From Octopus vulgaris (taxonomy: Eukaryota), in the NCBI GenBank assembly GCA_951406725.2, contig OX597828.1:44640001-44704000 (forward strand): DNA of 64,000 nt. The letters run 5' to 3'. Below, piece by piece: positions 11,919-24,879 of the stretch. Below the pieces are notes generated by a model. That model saw nothing but the letters and a program-made list of their open reading frames with translations. It had not been told where the DNA came from and searched no databases. How positions within the stretch are numbered: position 1 is the stretch's first letter; every line of letters begins with the position of its first letter. The position numbers were made by a program, and so were the translations under genes.

Positions 11919-12600
11919 GCAGGAGTGGCTGTGTGGTAAGTAGCTTGCTTACTAACCACATGGTTCCAAGTTCAGTCACACTGTGTGGCTCCTTGGGCAA
12001 GTGTCCTCTACTATAGCCTCAGGCCAACCAAAGCCTTGTGAGTAGATTTGGTTGAAGGAAACTGAAAGAAGCCCTCATATATATATATATATATATATGC
12101 GTACATGTTTGTATATCTGTGTACATCCCCCACCATCACTGACAACTGATGTTGGTGTGTTTACGTCCCCATACTTTAGCAGTTTGGCAAAAGAAACCTA
12201 TAGAATAAGTACTAGGCTTATAAAGAATAAGTCCTGGGATGAATTTCTTCAACTAAATGTTTTACTCCAGCATGGCTTCAGTCATTTGACTGAGGCCATG
12301 CTGGATCATCACCTTTAATTGAACAAGTCTACCCCAGGACTTACTCTTTATAAACCTAGTACTTATTGTATTGGTCTGTTTTGCTGAACTGCTAAGTTAC
12401 AGGGATGCAAACACACCAACATTGGTTGTCAAGCGATGGTGGGGTAACAAACACAGATGCACAAATACATACATATATATGTATGTATATATGTGATGAG
12501 CTTCTTTCAGTGTCCATCAACCAAATTCACTCACAAGGCTTTGGTCAGCCCGAGTCTATAGGAGAAGATATTTGCCTGTGGTGCCATGCAATTGGACTGC
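11917..12600. mobile_element. Two SINE family A copies fused tail-to-tail
   Basis: Plus copy 11917-12284 and minus copy 12287-12600 meet in the palindrome tccagcatggcttcagtca-tt-tgactgaggccatgctgga. Confidence 0.85.
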
Positions 12601-12827
12601 TCCATAAATATGTGACCACTGGTTTAGCATCTAAAAAGTGCTTAGTTGTATTGGTAACTTGTCAGACGCAAATAGCTGGAGACTGTTTGAGTCTTCCTTT
12701 ATTAGTGCTAAACCAATGGTCATTCTCTAACTGACCATAACAAAAAAACTTCTAAATATACTAATGCTCTAATGTTTTAGATTGTGCTTCTTTTTGGGGT
12801 ATATGAAGAACTGATTGATATATATTC

Positions 12828-13204
12828 TCTTACTCTTTTACTCTTTTACTTGTTTCAGTCATGTGACTGTGGCCATGCTGGAGCACCGCCTTTAAGTCGA
12901 TCAAATCGACCTCAGGACATATTCTTTGTAAGCCTAGTACTTATTTTATCGGTTTCTTTTTGCCGAACTGCTAAGTTACGGGGACGTAAACACACCAGCA
13001 TCGGTTGTCAAGCGATGTTGGGAGGACAAATACAGACACACAAACACGCACATACATATATATATATATACGACAGGCTTCTTTCAGTTTCTGTTTACCA
13101 AATCCACTCACAAGGCTTCGGTCGGCCTGAGGCTATTGTAGAAGACACTTACCCAAGGTGCCACGCAGTGGGACTGAACCTGGAACCATGTGGTTCATAA
13201 GCAA
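12828..13204 (-). mobile_element. SINE family A, head truncated at the RTE tail
   Basis: Reverse complement of the family A body and tail; it stops at ggttcataagcaa where the RTE (CAT)n tail begins. Confidence 0.9.
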
Positions 13205-15440
13205 TCATCATCATCATCATCGTTTAACGTCCGCTTTCCGCGCTAGCACGGGTTGGACGGTTCGACCGGGTCTGGGAAGCCAGGGGCCGCTCCAGGCTCC
13301 AGTCTGAATCTGGCAGAGTTTCTACGGCTGGATGCCCTTCCTAACGCCAACCACTCCGTGAGTGGATTGGGTGCTTTTTACGTGCCACCTGCACAGGGGC
13401 CGGAGGGTCCGGCATCGGTCACGATCGGTTCGAGCTTTTAACGTGTCAGCGGCACGGGGGCAACGAGGTCCGGGGTACTTTGGGGATCGGGGTACTTTGG
13501 GGATCCAGGGTACTTTGGGGATCCGGGGTACTTAGAATGGGTAGGGGGTATGTGGAATTGCTGCAGAAAGCAGCCCGGGTCTTTGTAGTTACAGCATATC
13601 TCCAGAGATCTCGGTCCTTCGCATTGCCTCAGTGAGGCCCAATGCTCTGAGGTCATGCTTGACTACCTCATCCCATGTCTTCCTGGGTCTACCTCTCCCC
13701 CTGATACCTTCAACTGTTTGGGAGTGGCACTTCTTCACACATCTCTCTTCATCCATCCGCAGCACATGACCATACCATCGCAAGCGTCGCTCTTGCACAC
13801 CACATCTGATGCTTCTTATATCCAGCATTTCTCTCAGGATGCTTACACTCTGTCTTGCGTGCACACTGACACTACACATCCAGCGGATCATGCTAGCTTC
13901 ATTTCTTTCAAGGCTACGCATGTCTTCTGCAGTCACAGCCCATGTTTCATTACCGTGAAGCATGGCAGTTCGCACACATGCATCATACAATCTACCTTTT
14001 GCTCTGAGGGAGAGACCTTTTGTTGCCAGTAGGGGTAGGAGCTTTCTGAACTTTGCCCAGGCTATTCGTATTCTAGTGGTGATACTCTCTGTGCATCCAC
14101 CTCCGCTACTAACTTGGTCACCCAGGTAGCGGAAACTATCAACTACTTCTAGTTTCTCTCCCTGGAGTGTGATGGAATCTGTTTTCTGAGTGTCTGTTGT
14201 GTCTATTGTCCCTGTGCATCTGCCGCACATGAAAGCTATCTTATCTGTTAATTTCCCTTTAATGTTGCTGCACCTCTTATGTGTCCATAACTTACATTGG
14301 GTGCATCTTATGGAGTTTCTACCTGTACCTTTCCTACAGGTTGAGCAGGGCCACCTACCCGAGGGGTGTGTGCTGAGTACCTCTTGCTGCTTACTAATAC
14401 TTTGGTCTTTGCTACATTTATTCTAAGGCCCTTTGATTCCAACCCTTGCTTCCACACCCGAAATTTCTCTTCTAGTTCCGGTAGTAATTCTGCTATGAGA
14501 GCTAGGTCATCGGCATAGAGGAGCTCCCAGGGGCATCCGTTTTGAATTCCTCTGTTATTGCCTGAAGGACTATGATGAATAAAAGGGGACTGAGGGCTGA
14601 GCCCTGGTGCACACCTACTTCTACCCGGAATCCTTCACTATATTCGTTGCCAATCCTAACCTTGCTGACAGCCTCTCTGTATAGAGCCTGTACAGCCCTT
14701 ATTAGCCATTCTTCAATCTCCAGTTTCCGCATCGACCACCAGATAAGGGAACGGGGAACCCTGTCAAAGGCTTTCTCCAAGTCTACAAAAGCTATGTAGA
14801 GGGGTTTATCTTTAGCTAGGTACTTCTCCTGCAGTTGTCGGACCAGGAATATAGCATCAGTGGTGCTTCTACCTGGTACAAAACCGAACTGCATTTCATC
14901 TAAACAAATTCTCTCCCTAATGAGATTGGTTATGACCTTCTCTGAGACCTTCATCACCTGGTCCAACAGTTTGATACCTCTGTAGTTATTTCTATCTAGA
15001 GCATCACCCTTACCCTTGTAGCAGTTGACTATGGTGCTGCTGCACCAGTCATTGGGTATGACTCCATTGTGAACTACCTGGTTTACAATGCGGGTGACTA
15101 TGGCATAGCCCACATAGCCAGCTGTTTTAAGCATCTCAGCAGTGATTCCTGATAGGCCAGGGGCTTTGCCTGGTTTCATATCCTTAATTGCCTTATCTAC
15201 AAGGGAGCTGTCTATTCAGGTAGCTGGACCCTCTACTGGGTCAACATTTGGCAGGCTCTCCTCCTCCCATTCATTCTCCTCATTCAGCAGTCTTTCATAA
15301 TGGCTTCTCCAAGCCTCTTTCTTTTCACTAGTAGTAAAAGCAAGTGCCCCATCATCCATGCGGACACATTTCTCTCCTATAACATCGCTATTTTCTCTGA
15401 CACACTGTCTGGCAATCCGAAATACTTCAGCTCTTTGATC
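13205..15440 (-). mobile_element. RTE-clade non-LTR retrotransposon, 5'-truncated
   Basis: RT-coding region followed by a 3' UTR ending ccgtgctagcgcggaaagcggacgttaaacgatgatgatg. No endonuclease domain is present. Confidence 0.93.
13589..15440 (-). pseudogene. RTE ORF reverse transcriptase, disrupted
   Basis: Motifs GKAPG, NYRGIKLL, QFGFVPGRST, FVDLEKAFD, GVHQGSALSPLLF, ELLYADD (about 14505-14525), FRYLG, RLRWYGHV, RGRPRKTW. In-frame stop at 15216-15218 and frameshifts near 14540, 14370 and 13622. Confidence 0.92.
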
Positions 15441-15641
15441 CTCATATATATATTTTTGAGGGGCTTCTTTCAGTTTCCTAGTACCAAATTCACTCAAAGT
15501 ACTTTGGTCAACCTGGGACTGTAACAGAAGACACTTGCCCAATGTGCCATGTAGTGGGACTGAAACCAAACCGCATGCTTAGGAAGTAAGCTTTTTAACT
15601 ACCTTACCATGCTTGTGTTAATATGAATTAATATATGTACA

Positions 15642-15695
<54 letters not shown>

Positions 15696-15796
15696 CATAT
15701 TTTATTTCTGTAGATATACATGCCCAAAAATGGATACACACACTTATGTTTATATATTACATGCACGTGTATGTATGCATGGATGGATAAATGTAT

Positions 15797-16508
15797 ATAG
15801 TTATGCATGGAAGAGGAAGACATGGGGTGAGGTGTTGAAGCACAACCTTCAAACATTAGGCCTCACTGAGGCAATGACTAGTGACCAAGACCTTTGGAAA
15901 TATGCTGTGCTTGAGAAGACCTGGCAAATCAAGTGAGACCATAACCCATAGGCTATGCCAAGGGTGCAACCAGCCCACTTATGCGTACCTTTCCTTCATT
16001 GGGCACTAAACTCTGTTTGCAAAGACCTGTTGAGGCAAGTGAAATCGAAATCAAATTTGATGACTGGTATCTGTGCTAGTGGAGCGCTAAGAGCACCATC
16101 CGTGCATGATTGTTGCCAGAGCAGCTGACTGGCCTCCATGCTGGCGGCACATAAAAAGCACCATTCGAGCATGATTGTTACCAGAATCACCTTACTGGCA
16201 CATGAAACAAAACATTTGAGCGAGGTTGTTGCCAGTGCTGCTGGACTCGCTCCTGTGCAGGTGGCATGTAAAAGACAATTTTTGAGCATGGCTGTTGCCA
16301 GTACCGCTTGACTGACCCTTGTGCCGGTGGCACGTAAAAGCATCCACTACACTCTCAGTGTGGTTGGTGTTGGGAAGGGCATTCATCTGTAAGAAACTCT
16401 GCCAGATCAGACTGGAGCTTGGTACAGCCATTGGTTCACCAGTCCTCAGACAAATCGTCCAACCCATGCAAGCATGGAAAGCGGACGTTAAACAATGATG
16501 ATGATGAT
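15797..16508 (+). mobile_element. RTE LINE 3' fragment (ORF end and 3' UTR)
   Basis: RKTWGEVLKHNLQTLGLTEAMTSDQDLWKYAVLEKT, then the repeat-bearing 3' UTR and (GAT)n tail. Confidence 0.88.
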
Positions 16509-16563
16509 AAAGAAACATATATTTCTATACATATGCAAATAAAAATATCTATACATATCTCTA

Positions 16564-16599
<36 letters not shown>

Positions 16600-16748
16600 T
16601 ATACATACATACATACAGACATATATATATATATATATATATATATACGTACATATATATATATACGTACATATATATGTGGGTATATGTATATGCTTGC
16701 ATATTTATGTATATGCATGTGTATGAGTGTATGAGAATATATATATAG

Positions 16749-16779
<31 letters not shown>

Positions 16780-16808
16780 TATATATCTAAATATATATAC
16801 ATTTATAT

Positions 16809-16860
<52 letters not shown>

Positions 16861-17126
16861 GTATATATGTATACACATATATGTATATATGTTTGTACCT
16901 ATGTATGTCTGTGTGTGTTTAGCCTCTCACAGATAAAACTGATGTACATTACCATTAGTTCTATGAAACAGGCCAGTCAAAACTTCCAAAAAAAAGAGAA
17001 AATCAAATGAAATGTCACTCAAGCTAAAATGATACAGTCTGTCTGTTTGTCTTTGATATATTAGATACCATGTGAGACCTAATGGCCATCAGGAATATTG
17101 TCTTCAGTATTCATAAACTGTACCTG

Positions 17127-17204
<78 letters not shown>

Positions 17205-17449
17205 GGTGCACCCCTTAGGTGTGCTTTTGAGTATGTGCACATGTGTGTGTGTGTGTGTGTGTGTAAAGGTAGATTGGTGTGGGGGAAAGTGTGTTAGTAG
17301 AGATTGGAAAAGGTGTGCTTGTGTGTTTGCGTGCATGATTGTAAATATGTAAGTGTGCATGTGATTATCTTTCACATACGTGTGTATATGTGTATGTAAT
17401 TACATCTATATTTGTTGAGATATATATATATATATACACACATATACAT

Positions 17450-17482
<33 letters not shown>

Positions 17483-17690
17483 GCATGGAAAGCGGACGTT
17501 AAATGATGATGATGATGATGATGATGATATATATATATACACACACACATATATATATATGTGTGTGTGTATGTGTATGTGAATTACAAGTAATGCTATA
17601 TGTGGAGCTATATCTGTAGTAAATAGGAATTAGCGGTCTTTGGTTGCTATTTCTAAATTTTAGGTATGTGGTTAAGCAGCCTGTTGCTTA

Positions 17691-17753
<63 letters not shown>

Positions 17754-17798
17754 TATTATATTATATGTTATATATTTATATATATCATATATTATATG

Positions 17799-17836
<38 letters not shown>

Positions 17837-17965
17837 AATATAAAGTGTGAGATAGACAGACAGAGAGGTGTATGTATGTATAAAATATATATATATATAT
17901 ATACATATATGATGATGTTATATATATATATATATGTATATTTATACATATATCTACCCCCTCTC

Positions 17966-18015
<50 letters not shown>

Positions 18016-18299
18016 CTGTCACACACACACATATATATATATATAATATATATGTATGTATGTATGTATATGGATATATAGATGTGCTCAAATATAAATG
18101 CACTTAAAATACATATGGATATTCCCAATGTGATAAATTCATAGAAACAAATGAATAACTCAAAGTTAAAAATCTGAGTATTATCATGTTTAATCAATAG
18201 TTTTTTCATTATTATGTATTAAATGTAGGCATCTCTCGCTTTCTCTCTCTCTCTCTCTGTAAATAATCACACACACACATATAGAGACACACTGAAGCT

Positions 18300-18760
18300 T
18301 AGATTATATTGCTTCCAATATTGTGTACTACAATGAAAGCCAAAATACACCAACTTATTCTTCACTCAACTTGTAGCTGTGAGAATTTTACTAAGTGCCA
18401 TCTATTAAGATCTTGCTTCTGAAATTTCGTAGGAAATAGGGCCAGCCTGCCAGTCCTTGATTTGCAGAGATAGGGAAAGCTCCCCTTTCATATTACACTT
18501 TATCTAAAGAGTTAGTAACTGGGAAAACCACTTCCCATCATTACAAGAAACATCTTTGTCTGGGCTAACCCTTACTTACATTTGCCACCTGTGCCTCACT
18601 GAGAAACTGTATATATATCAGAAGCTTGTTGTATGATCAATAGGAAAACTGACCTATTGTATTTTTGTCACCAGAGATATTTCCTCTTAATAAACTTCAA
18701 GCTATTGGCTGTTGATCTCCCTAGCTGGCCCACAAACAATTTCAGCATATATATTTGTCA
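18300..18760 (+). pseudogene. Old Penelope-like GIY-YIG endonuclease C-terminal remnant
   Basis: About 18583-18685 encodes CHLCLTEKLYI...INRKTDLLYFCH, resembling the CxLCxxEKxxI...LNxRxE...CxH end seen at 35730-35840. Confidence 0.45.
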
Positions 18761-18949
18761 CTCATAGTAAAATTATTGCCGATTCAGTATATTGTACCTG
18801 TGGCCCTACTACCACCTGTTTGCTATGTATCCTGACACCACCAAACCAGTCATCTCTCCACATAGTAACTGGTGCTGTTGAAATGTCACACGCCATAAAT
18901 TTCTAAGTAACTAGGACTAACATTTTGTCTGCCTACCATGTGATACATG

Positions 18950-19410
18950 TACTCTTTACTCTTTTACTCTTTTACTTGTTTCAGTCATTTGACTGCGGCT
19001 ATGCTGGAGCACCGCCTTTAGTTGAGCAAATCGACCCCGGGACTTATTCTTTGTAAGCTCAGTACTTATTTTATCGGTCTCTTTTTTGCCGAACCGCTAA
19101 GTTACGGGGATGTAAACACACCAGCATCGGTTGTCAAGCAATGCTAGGGGGACAAACACAGGCACACAAACATATACACACACACTTATATATCATCATC
19201 ATCGTTTAACGTCCGCTTTCCATGCTAGCATGGGTTGGACTATATACATATATACGACAGGCTTCTTTCAGTTTCCGTCTACCAAATCCACTCACAAGGC
19301 ATTGGTCGGCCCGGGGCTATAGCAGAAGACATTTACCCAAGATGCCATGCAGTGGGACTGAACCCGGAATGATGTGGTTGGTTAGCAAGCTACTTACCAC
19401 ACAGCCACTC
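18950..19410 (-). mobile_element. SINE family A with a ~48-bp RTE 3' tip inserted in its internal microsatellite
   Basis: Full family A reverse complement, with the insert tcatcatcatcgtttaacgtccgctttccatgctagcatgggttggac at 19192-19240. Confidence 0.88.
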
Positions 19411-19988
19411 GGAAATATTACCGCTAAGTCCATTGAATCTTCCATATAACCTGAAATGACAACCATCACCACCACCATCATCATCATCATCATCATAATC
19501 ACTTAATGTTTGTCGTCCGTGCTGGCATGGAGAGGACACAAAATTTTTTTCCCACGAGAGTTTCGGCCCCCAGTTATGAATTCATTTGCATACAGCCAGT
19601 CAGAGCTCATCTATCAAACAAGTGTCCACCTAGTCACGAAAATATTCTGGTTGAGTTCAGAGGAAAACGTGTTTTATAGCAAAATCTAACAATTCTAAAT
19701 GGGTTAATAGGGTTTACAAATGTGAAATTTGGTGTATAAAGTGAATGGAGAACTGCTCACCGATCATGCTATAAGTGTTGCCAATTTGCTTAATTTACTA
19801 GAAAATGTAAACGAGTGTAGTTTCCTAATTTTTTGACTGATTTTGTATATTCCTAATTTAAAATGTTGGTGTTGATCTGGAAACATTTTAATCAATAGGG
19901 CATTGTGTTGTATTGCACCCTCCTTGCATATATCAGTGGGTACATGCAGTATCACTAATGTCAGTCTGAGCATAGGTACCTATGCTCA

Positions 19989-20345
19989 GAACTTATTCTT
20001 TGTAAGCCTAGTACTTATTCTATTGGACTCTTTACCGAACTGCTAAGTTATGGGGATGTAAACACACCAGCATCTGTTGTCAAGCAATGGTGGGGGGGGG
20101 GGACACCAACATACACACACACACACATGCACACACACACATGCACACACACACACACACACATGCACACACACACACAAACAATAGGCTTCTTTCAGTT
20201 TCTGTCTACCAAATCCACTCACAAAGCTTTGGTCAGTCCGAGGCTATAGTAGACGGCACTTGCCCAAGGTGACATGCAGTGGGACTGCACCCGGAACCAT
20301 GTGGTTGGTAAGCAAGCTACTTACCACACAGCCATGCCTGCACCT
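19989..20345 (-). mobile_element. SINE family A (3'-truncated)
   Basis: Reverse complement of the family A head and body. Confidence 0.85.
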
Positions 20346-20523
20346 ACATATATAAAAAAAAAAAAAAAAAATAATAATAATAATAATAATCATTTTAATA
20401 ATAATAATAAAATGTGACAACAAAAGAATGAAACCTCCATATTATAGAAATAGAGGATTTTACCTCTGCCTTCACTAAGGCGGTGGTATTGCTTTCAGTT
20501 GTGTTTGACTATTTGTTTGCTAT

Positions 20524-21549
20524 ATATGCTACATGGAAGTGAAACATGGGCCATGATTGCTGAGGACATGCGTAAGCTTGCAAGGAATGAAGCCAGTATG
20601 CTCCGCTGAATGTGTAATGTCAGTGTGCATACACGGCAGACTGTAAGCGCCCTGAGAGAAAAATTGGACTTAAGAAGCATCAAATGTGGTGTGCAAGAGA
20701 GACGACTGCGCTGGTATGGTCATGTGTTGCGAATGGATGAGGACTGCTGTGTGAAAAAGTGTCACACCCTAGCAGTCGAGGGAACCTGTGGAAGAGGTAG
20801 ACCAAGGAAAACCTGGGATGAGGTGATGAAGCATGACCTTTGAATATTGGGCCTCACCGAGGCAATGACTAGTGACCGAAACCTTTTGAGAAATGCTGTG
20901 CTTGAGAAGACCCAACAAGCCAACTGAGATCATAACCTGTGGCCTATGCCAGTGATGTATAACCAACCCACTTATGAGTACCCTTCATTCATTGGACAAT
21001 AAACTTTGCATGTGAACACCTGTTGAGGCAAGTGAATCAAAATAGCTAACGTGGCCAATGACAGTACTGCCTGATTGGCCCTTGTGCCTGTCGAACATTA
21101 AAAGCACCATCCGAGTGCGATCGTTGCCAGGGCTGCTGACTGGCTCCCATGCCGGTAGCACATAAAAAGCACCATTTGAGTGTGATCATTGCCAGCATCG
21201 TCTTACTGGTACATGTGCCGGTGGCATGTGAAAAACAATATATGAGTGTGGTCATTGCCAGTGCTGCCAGACTGGCTCCCTTGTAGGTGGTACGTAAAAT
21301 ACAATTTTTGAGCATGGTCGTTGCCAGAACCACCTGACTGGCCCTCATGCCAGTGGCACATAAAAGCATCCACGACACTCCCGGAGTGTTTGGTGTTTGG
21401 AAGGGCATCCAGCTGTAGAAACTTTGCCAGGTCAGATTGGAGCCTGGTGCAGCCATCTGGTTCGCCAGTTCTCGGTCAAATCGTCCAATCCATGCCAGCA
21501 AGGAAAGTGGACGTTAAATGACGACGATGACGATGATGATGATGATGAG
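20524..21549 (+). mobile_element. RTE LINE 3' fragment (~1 kb)
   Basis: LHGSETWAMIAEDMRKLARNEASML...RRLRWYGHVLRMDED...RGRPRKTWDEV, then 3' UTR and (GAT)n tail. Confidence 0.9.
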
Positions 21550-21554
21550 GATAT

Positions 21555-21597
<43 letters not shown>

Positions 21598-21649
21598 CAA
21601 GCACACAATTCTGGAAACAGATATCCAGAAATCCATTCATCTTTACAAC

Positions 21650-22029
21650 TCTCATTATCATCCTCATCTTCACCATTACCACCACCACCACTGTCACCAC
21701 CAGTATCACCACATTACTACCACCACCACCACCATTACCACCAATACCACCAACATCACCACCATCATTCATCATCATCATTTATCATCATCATCGTCAT
21801 CATCATCATTATCATCATCATCATCATCATCATCATTACCACCACCACCACCGTTGCTGCCATCACCACCACCACCACCACCACCACCACCACCACCACC
21901 ACCACCACCACCACCACCACCACCACCACCACCACCACCACCACCACCACCACCACCACCAGCACTACCACCACCACCTCCACCACCATCATCATCATCA
22001 TCATCATCACCACCACCACCACCACCACC

Positions 22030-22063
<34 letters not shown>

Positions 22064-22200
22064 TCATCATCACCATCACCACCACCACCATCACCATCAT
22101 CATCACCATCACCATCATCATCATCACCACCACCAGCACAACCACCACCACCACCACCACCACCACCACCAATACCATCATCATCATCGTCACGACCACT
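21650..22200. repeat. (CAC)n/(CAT)n compound trinucleotide tract
   Basis: Direct inspection. Confidence 0.95.
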
Positions 22201-22622
22201 GTTTAATACTAACATCATTGACCAGTTACGTCTCCAAACGAACACAGTGCTATACTCAGAGTAATCAATTAAAACGACATGGCTCTCCACTTTGAGGTCA
22301 TCATTAGAGGTCACAGAATATATTTTGGAAGCAGCACTGCAGCACCCCATCCTCTCTGCTGTAACCATGACTGCTGTCTTTAGAAATATCTTTCTCTGTT
22401 TGCTCACACTGGCTTGTGTCATATATATAGACAGCCTTCGCTTGACTCTCTGCATGTGTGTGTGTGTATGTATTTGTGTCTGCTTTTTGCACGTGCTTTG
22501 TGTGTGTGTGTGTGTGTGACTGTGTAATGTACTATGCACATACTGACACACAGAGATGCTTACATGTATACACCACACACATATATGTTTGTATAAATAT
22601 ATATATATATATGCTTGTATGT

Positions 22623-22660
<38 letters not shown>

Positions 22661-22749
22661 TTGTATGTGTTTATCTGGCCATATATATTTACATGTACGT
22701 ATATATATTTACACACAAACATTATATAAAACTCATCTTTCTTTCTTTA

Positions 22750-22830
22750 TCTATCAACCTATCTATCTACCTACCTACCTGCCTATTTATTTATCTGTCT
22801 ATCTATCTATCAATCTATCTATCTATCTAC

Positions 22831-22863
<33 letters not shown>

Positions 22864-22963
22864 GCTCTCTATCTATCTATATATCTATCATCCTCATCAT
22901 CATCATCATCATCGTTTAACGTCCGTTTTCCGCGCTAGCACGGGTTGGACGGAAATCTATCTG

Positions 22964-23025
<62 letters not shown>

Positions 23026-23036
23026 AAACTACCTAC

Positions 23037-23073
<37 letters not shown>

Positions 23074-23100
23074 CATCTATCTATCCATCTATCTATATGT
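22750..23100. repeat. (ATCT)n tract containing a ~60-bp RTE 3' tip (about 22890-22952)
   Basis: Direct inspection. Confidence 0.9.
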
Positions 23101-23200
23101 CTGTCTTTCTGTCTGTTTGTCTTACTGTCTGTCTATCTATCTACCTATATGCATGTCTGTACATATTCATGTATGTCTGTATGTGTGTATGTTATACATA

Positions 23201-23362
23201 GGCGCAGGAATGGCTGTGTGGTAAATAGCTTGCTTACCAACCACATGGTTCTGGGTTCAGTCTCACTCCATGACACTTCGGGCAAATGTCTTCTACTATA
23301 GCCTCGTTACGACCAAAACCTTGTGAGTGGATTTGGTAGACAGAAACTGAAAGAAGCTCGTC

Positions 23363-23407
<45 letters not shown>

Positions 23408-23632
23408 TGTGCATCTGTATTTGTCCCCCAGCATCGCTTGACAAACGCTTGACAAACGATGGTGATGTGTTCACGTCCCCGTAACTTAGCAGTTTGGCAA
23501 AAGAGACCAATAAAATAAGTACTAGGCTAACAAAGAATAAGTCATGGGATCGATTTGTTCGACTAAAGGCGGTGCTCCAGCATGGCTGTAGTCAAATGGC
23601 TGATGCAAGTAAAAGAATAAAAGAATAAAAGA
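23201..23632 (+). mobile_element. SINE family A (full length)
   Basis: Family head, body and tail. Confidence 0.9.
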
Positions 23633-23919
23633 ATGTGCATATATAAGCATATTCCTGCTAGTTTCTGTGGATGTATGTATATGAATGCATACATATATAT
23701 CTGTGCAGTACTTGTCAGTATGTATGCTAATGCTTATACGTATATATTTGTATATGTGCAACTTTTTATATGCGCATACTTATATATCTCCACATATCTA
23801 TATCTTCTGCACTTACCAATATATTTAGCAATGCAGTATATATGTGTGTGTATGTATATATGTATGTATATATATAACCTTAAATCCTTAAAAATCCTTA
23901 AAAATGTCTATGCTGTATA

Positions 23920-24016
<97 letters not shown>

Positions 24017-24017
24017 A

Positions 24018-24316
24018 GATATGTAGGTCCCGGGTTGATTCGGGGTTAACCACAGTAAATAAGGTACTCAATACATAGCAGAGTAAAATTAATTTATTAT
24101 ATAGAAGGAGCTTCTGGTTATAAGGGCACTAGGGTGTGCTAGGATATGTAGGTCCCGGGTTGATTCGGGGTTAACCACAGTAAATAAGGTACTCAATACA
24201 TAGCAGAGTAAAATTAATTTATTATATAGAAGGAGCTTCTGGTTATAAGGGCACTAGGGTGTGCTAGGATATGTAGGTCCCGGGTTGATTCGGGGTTAAC
24301 CACAGTAAATAAGGTA

Positions 24317-24318
<2 letters not shown>
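24018..24318. repeat. Perfect 125-bp tandem repeat, 2.4 units, between (TA)n tracts
   Basis: gatatgtaggtcccggg starts at 24018, 24143 and 24268; the units look identical. Confidence 0.92.
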
Positions 24319-24371
<53 letters not shown>

Positions 24372-24378
24372 ATATCTA

Positions 24379-24435
<57 letters not shown>

Positions 24436-24482
24436 GTATATGTATATGTATATATGTATATGTATGTCTGTATGCAGATACA

Positions 24483-24853
24483 ATGGCCCCGTGGTTAGGG
24501 CAGCAGACTTGCGGTTGCAGGATCGCAGTTTCAAATCCCAGACCGGACGTTGTGAGTATCTATTGAGTGAAAACACCTAAAGCTCCACAAGGTTCCGGCA
24601 AGGGGTGGTGACAGACCCTGCTATACTCTTTCACCACAACTTTCTCTCACTCTTTCTTCCTGTTTCTGTTGTACCTGTATTTCAAAGAGCCAGCCTTGTC
24701 ACACTCTGTGTCACGCTGAATCTCCTCGAGAACTACGTTAAGGGTACATGTGTCTGTGGAGTGCTCAGCCACTTGTACGTTAATTTCAGAAGCAGGTTTT
24801 TCCATTGGTCGAACTAACTGGAACCCTTGTCGTCATAACCAATGGAATACCAC
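24483..24853 (+). mobile_element. tRNA-derived SINE family C
   Basis: tggccccgtggttagggcagcagact...gtttcaaatccc (A- and B-box-like). Body pieces recur at 33735-33810 (tactctttcaccacaactttctctcactc), 46072-46160 and about 46920 (ttaagggtac). Confidence 0.7.
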
Positions 24854-24879
24854 GCTATATGTATATATATTCTTTTATA

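Noticed and set aside
15441-15569. N-terminal extension of the RTE ORF (MVSVPLHGTLGK...)
   Set aside because: It derives from an adjacent SINE fragment; RTE similarity stops near 15440.
22295-22313. Two AGGTCA nuclear-receptor half-sites 7 bp apart
   Set aside because: Atypical spacing and no independent evidence of function.
21397-22722. Poly-Thr/Pro/His/Gly ORFs of 248-314 aa
   Set aside because: (CAC)n/(CAT)n repeat open in multiple frames on both strands, beginning in an RTE tail; no splice or domain support.
24018-24318. Possible CRISPR-like array
   Set aside because: Whole units are identical with no unique spacers, the context is eukaryotic, and no cas genes are present. The same applies to the 63-bp units at 32795-32985.
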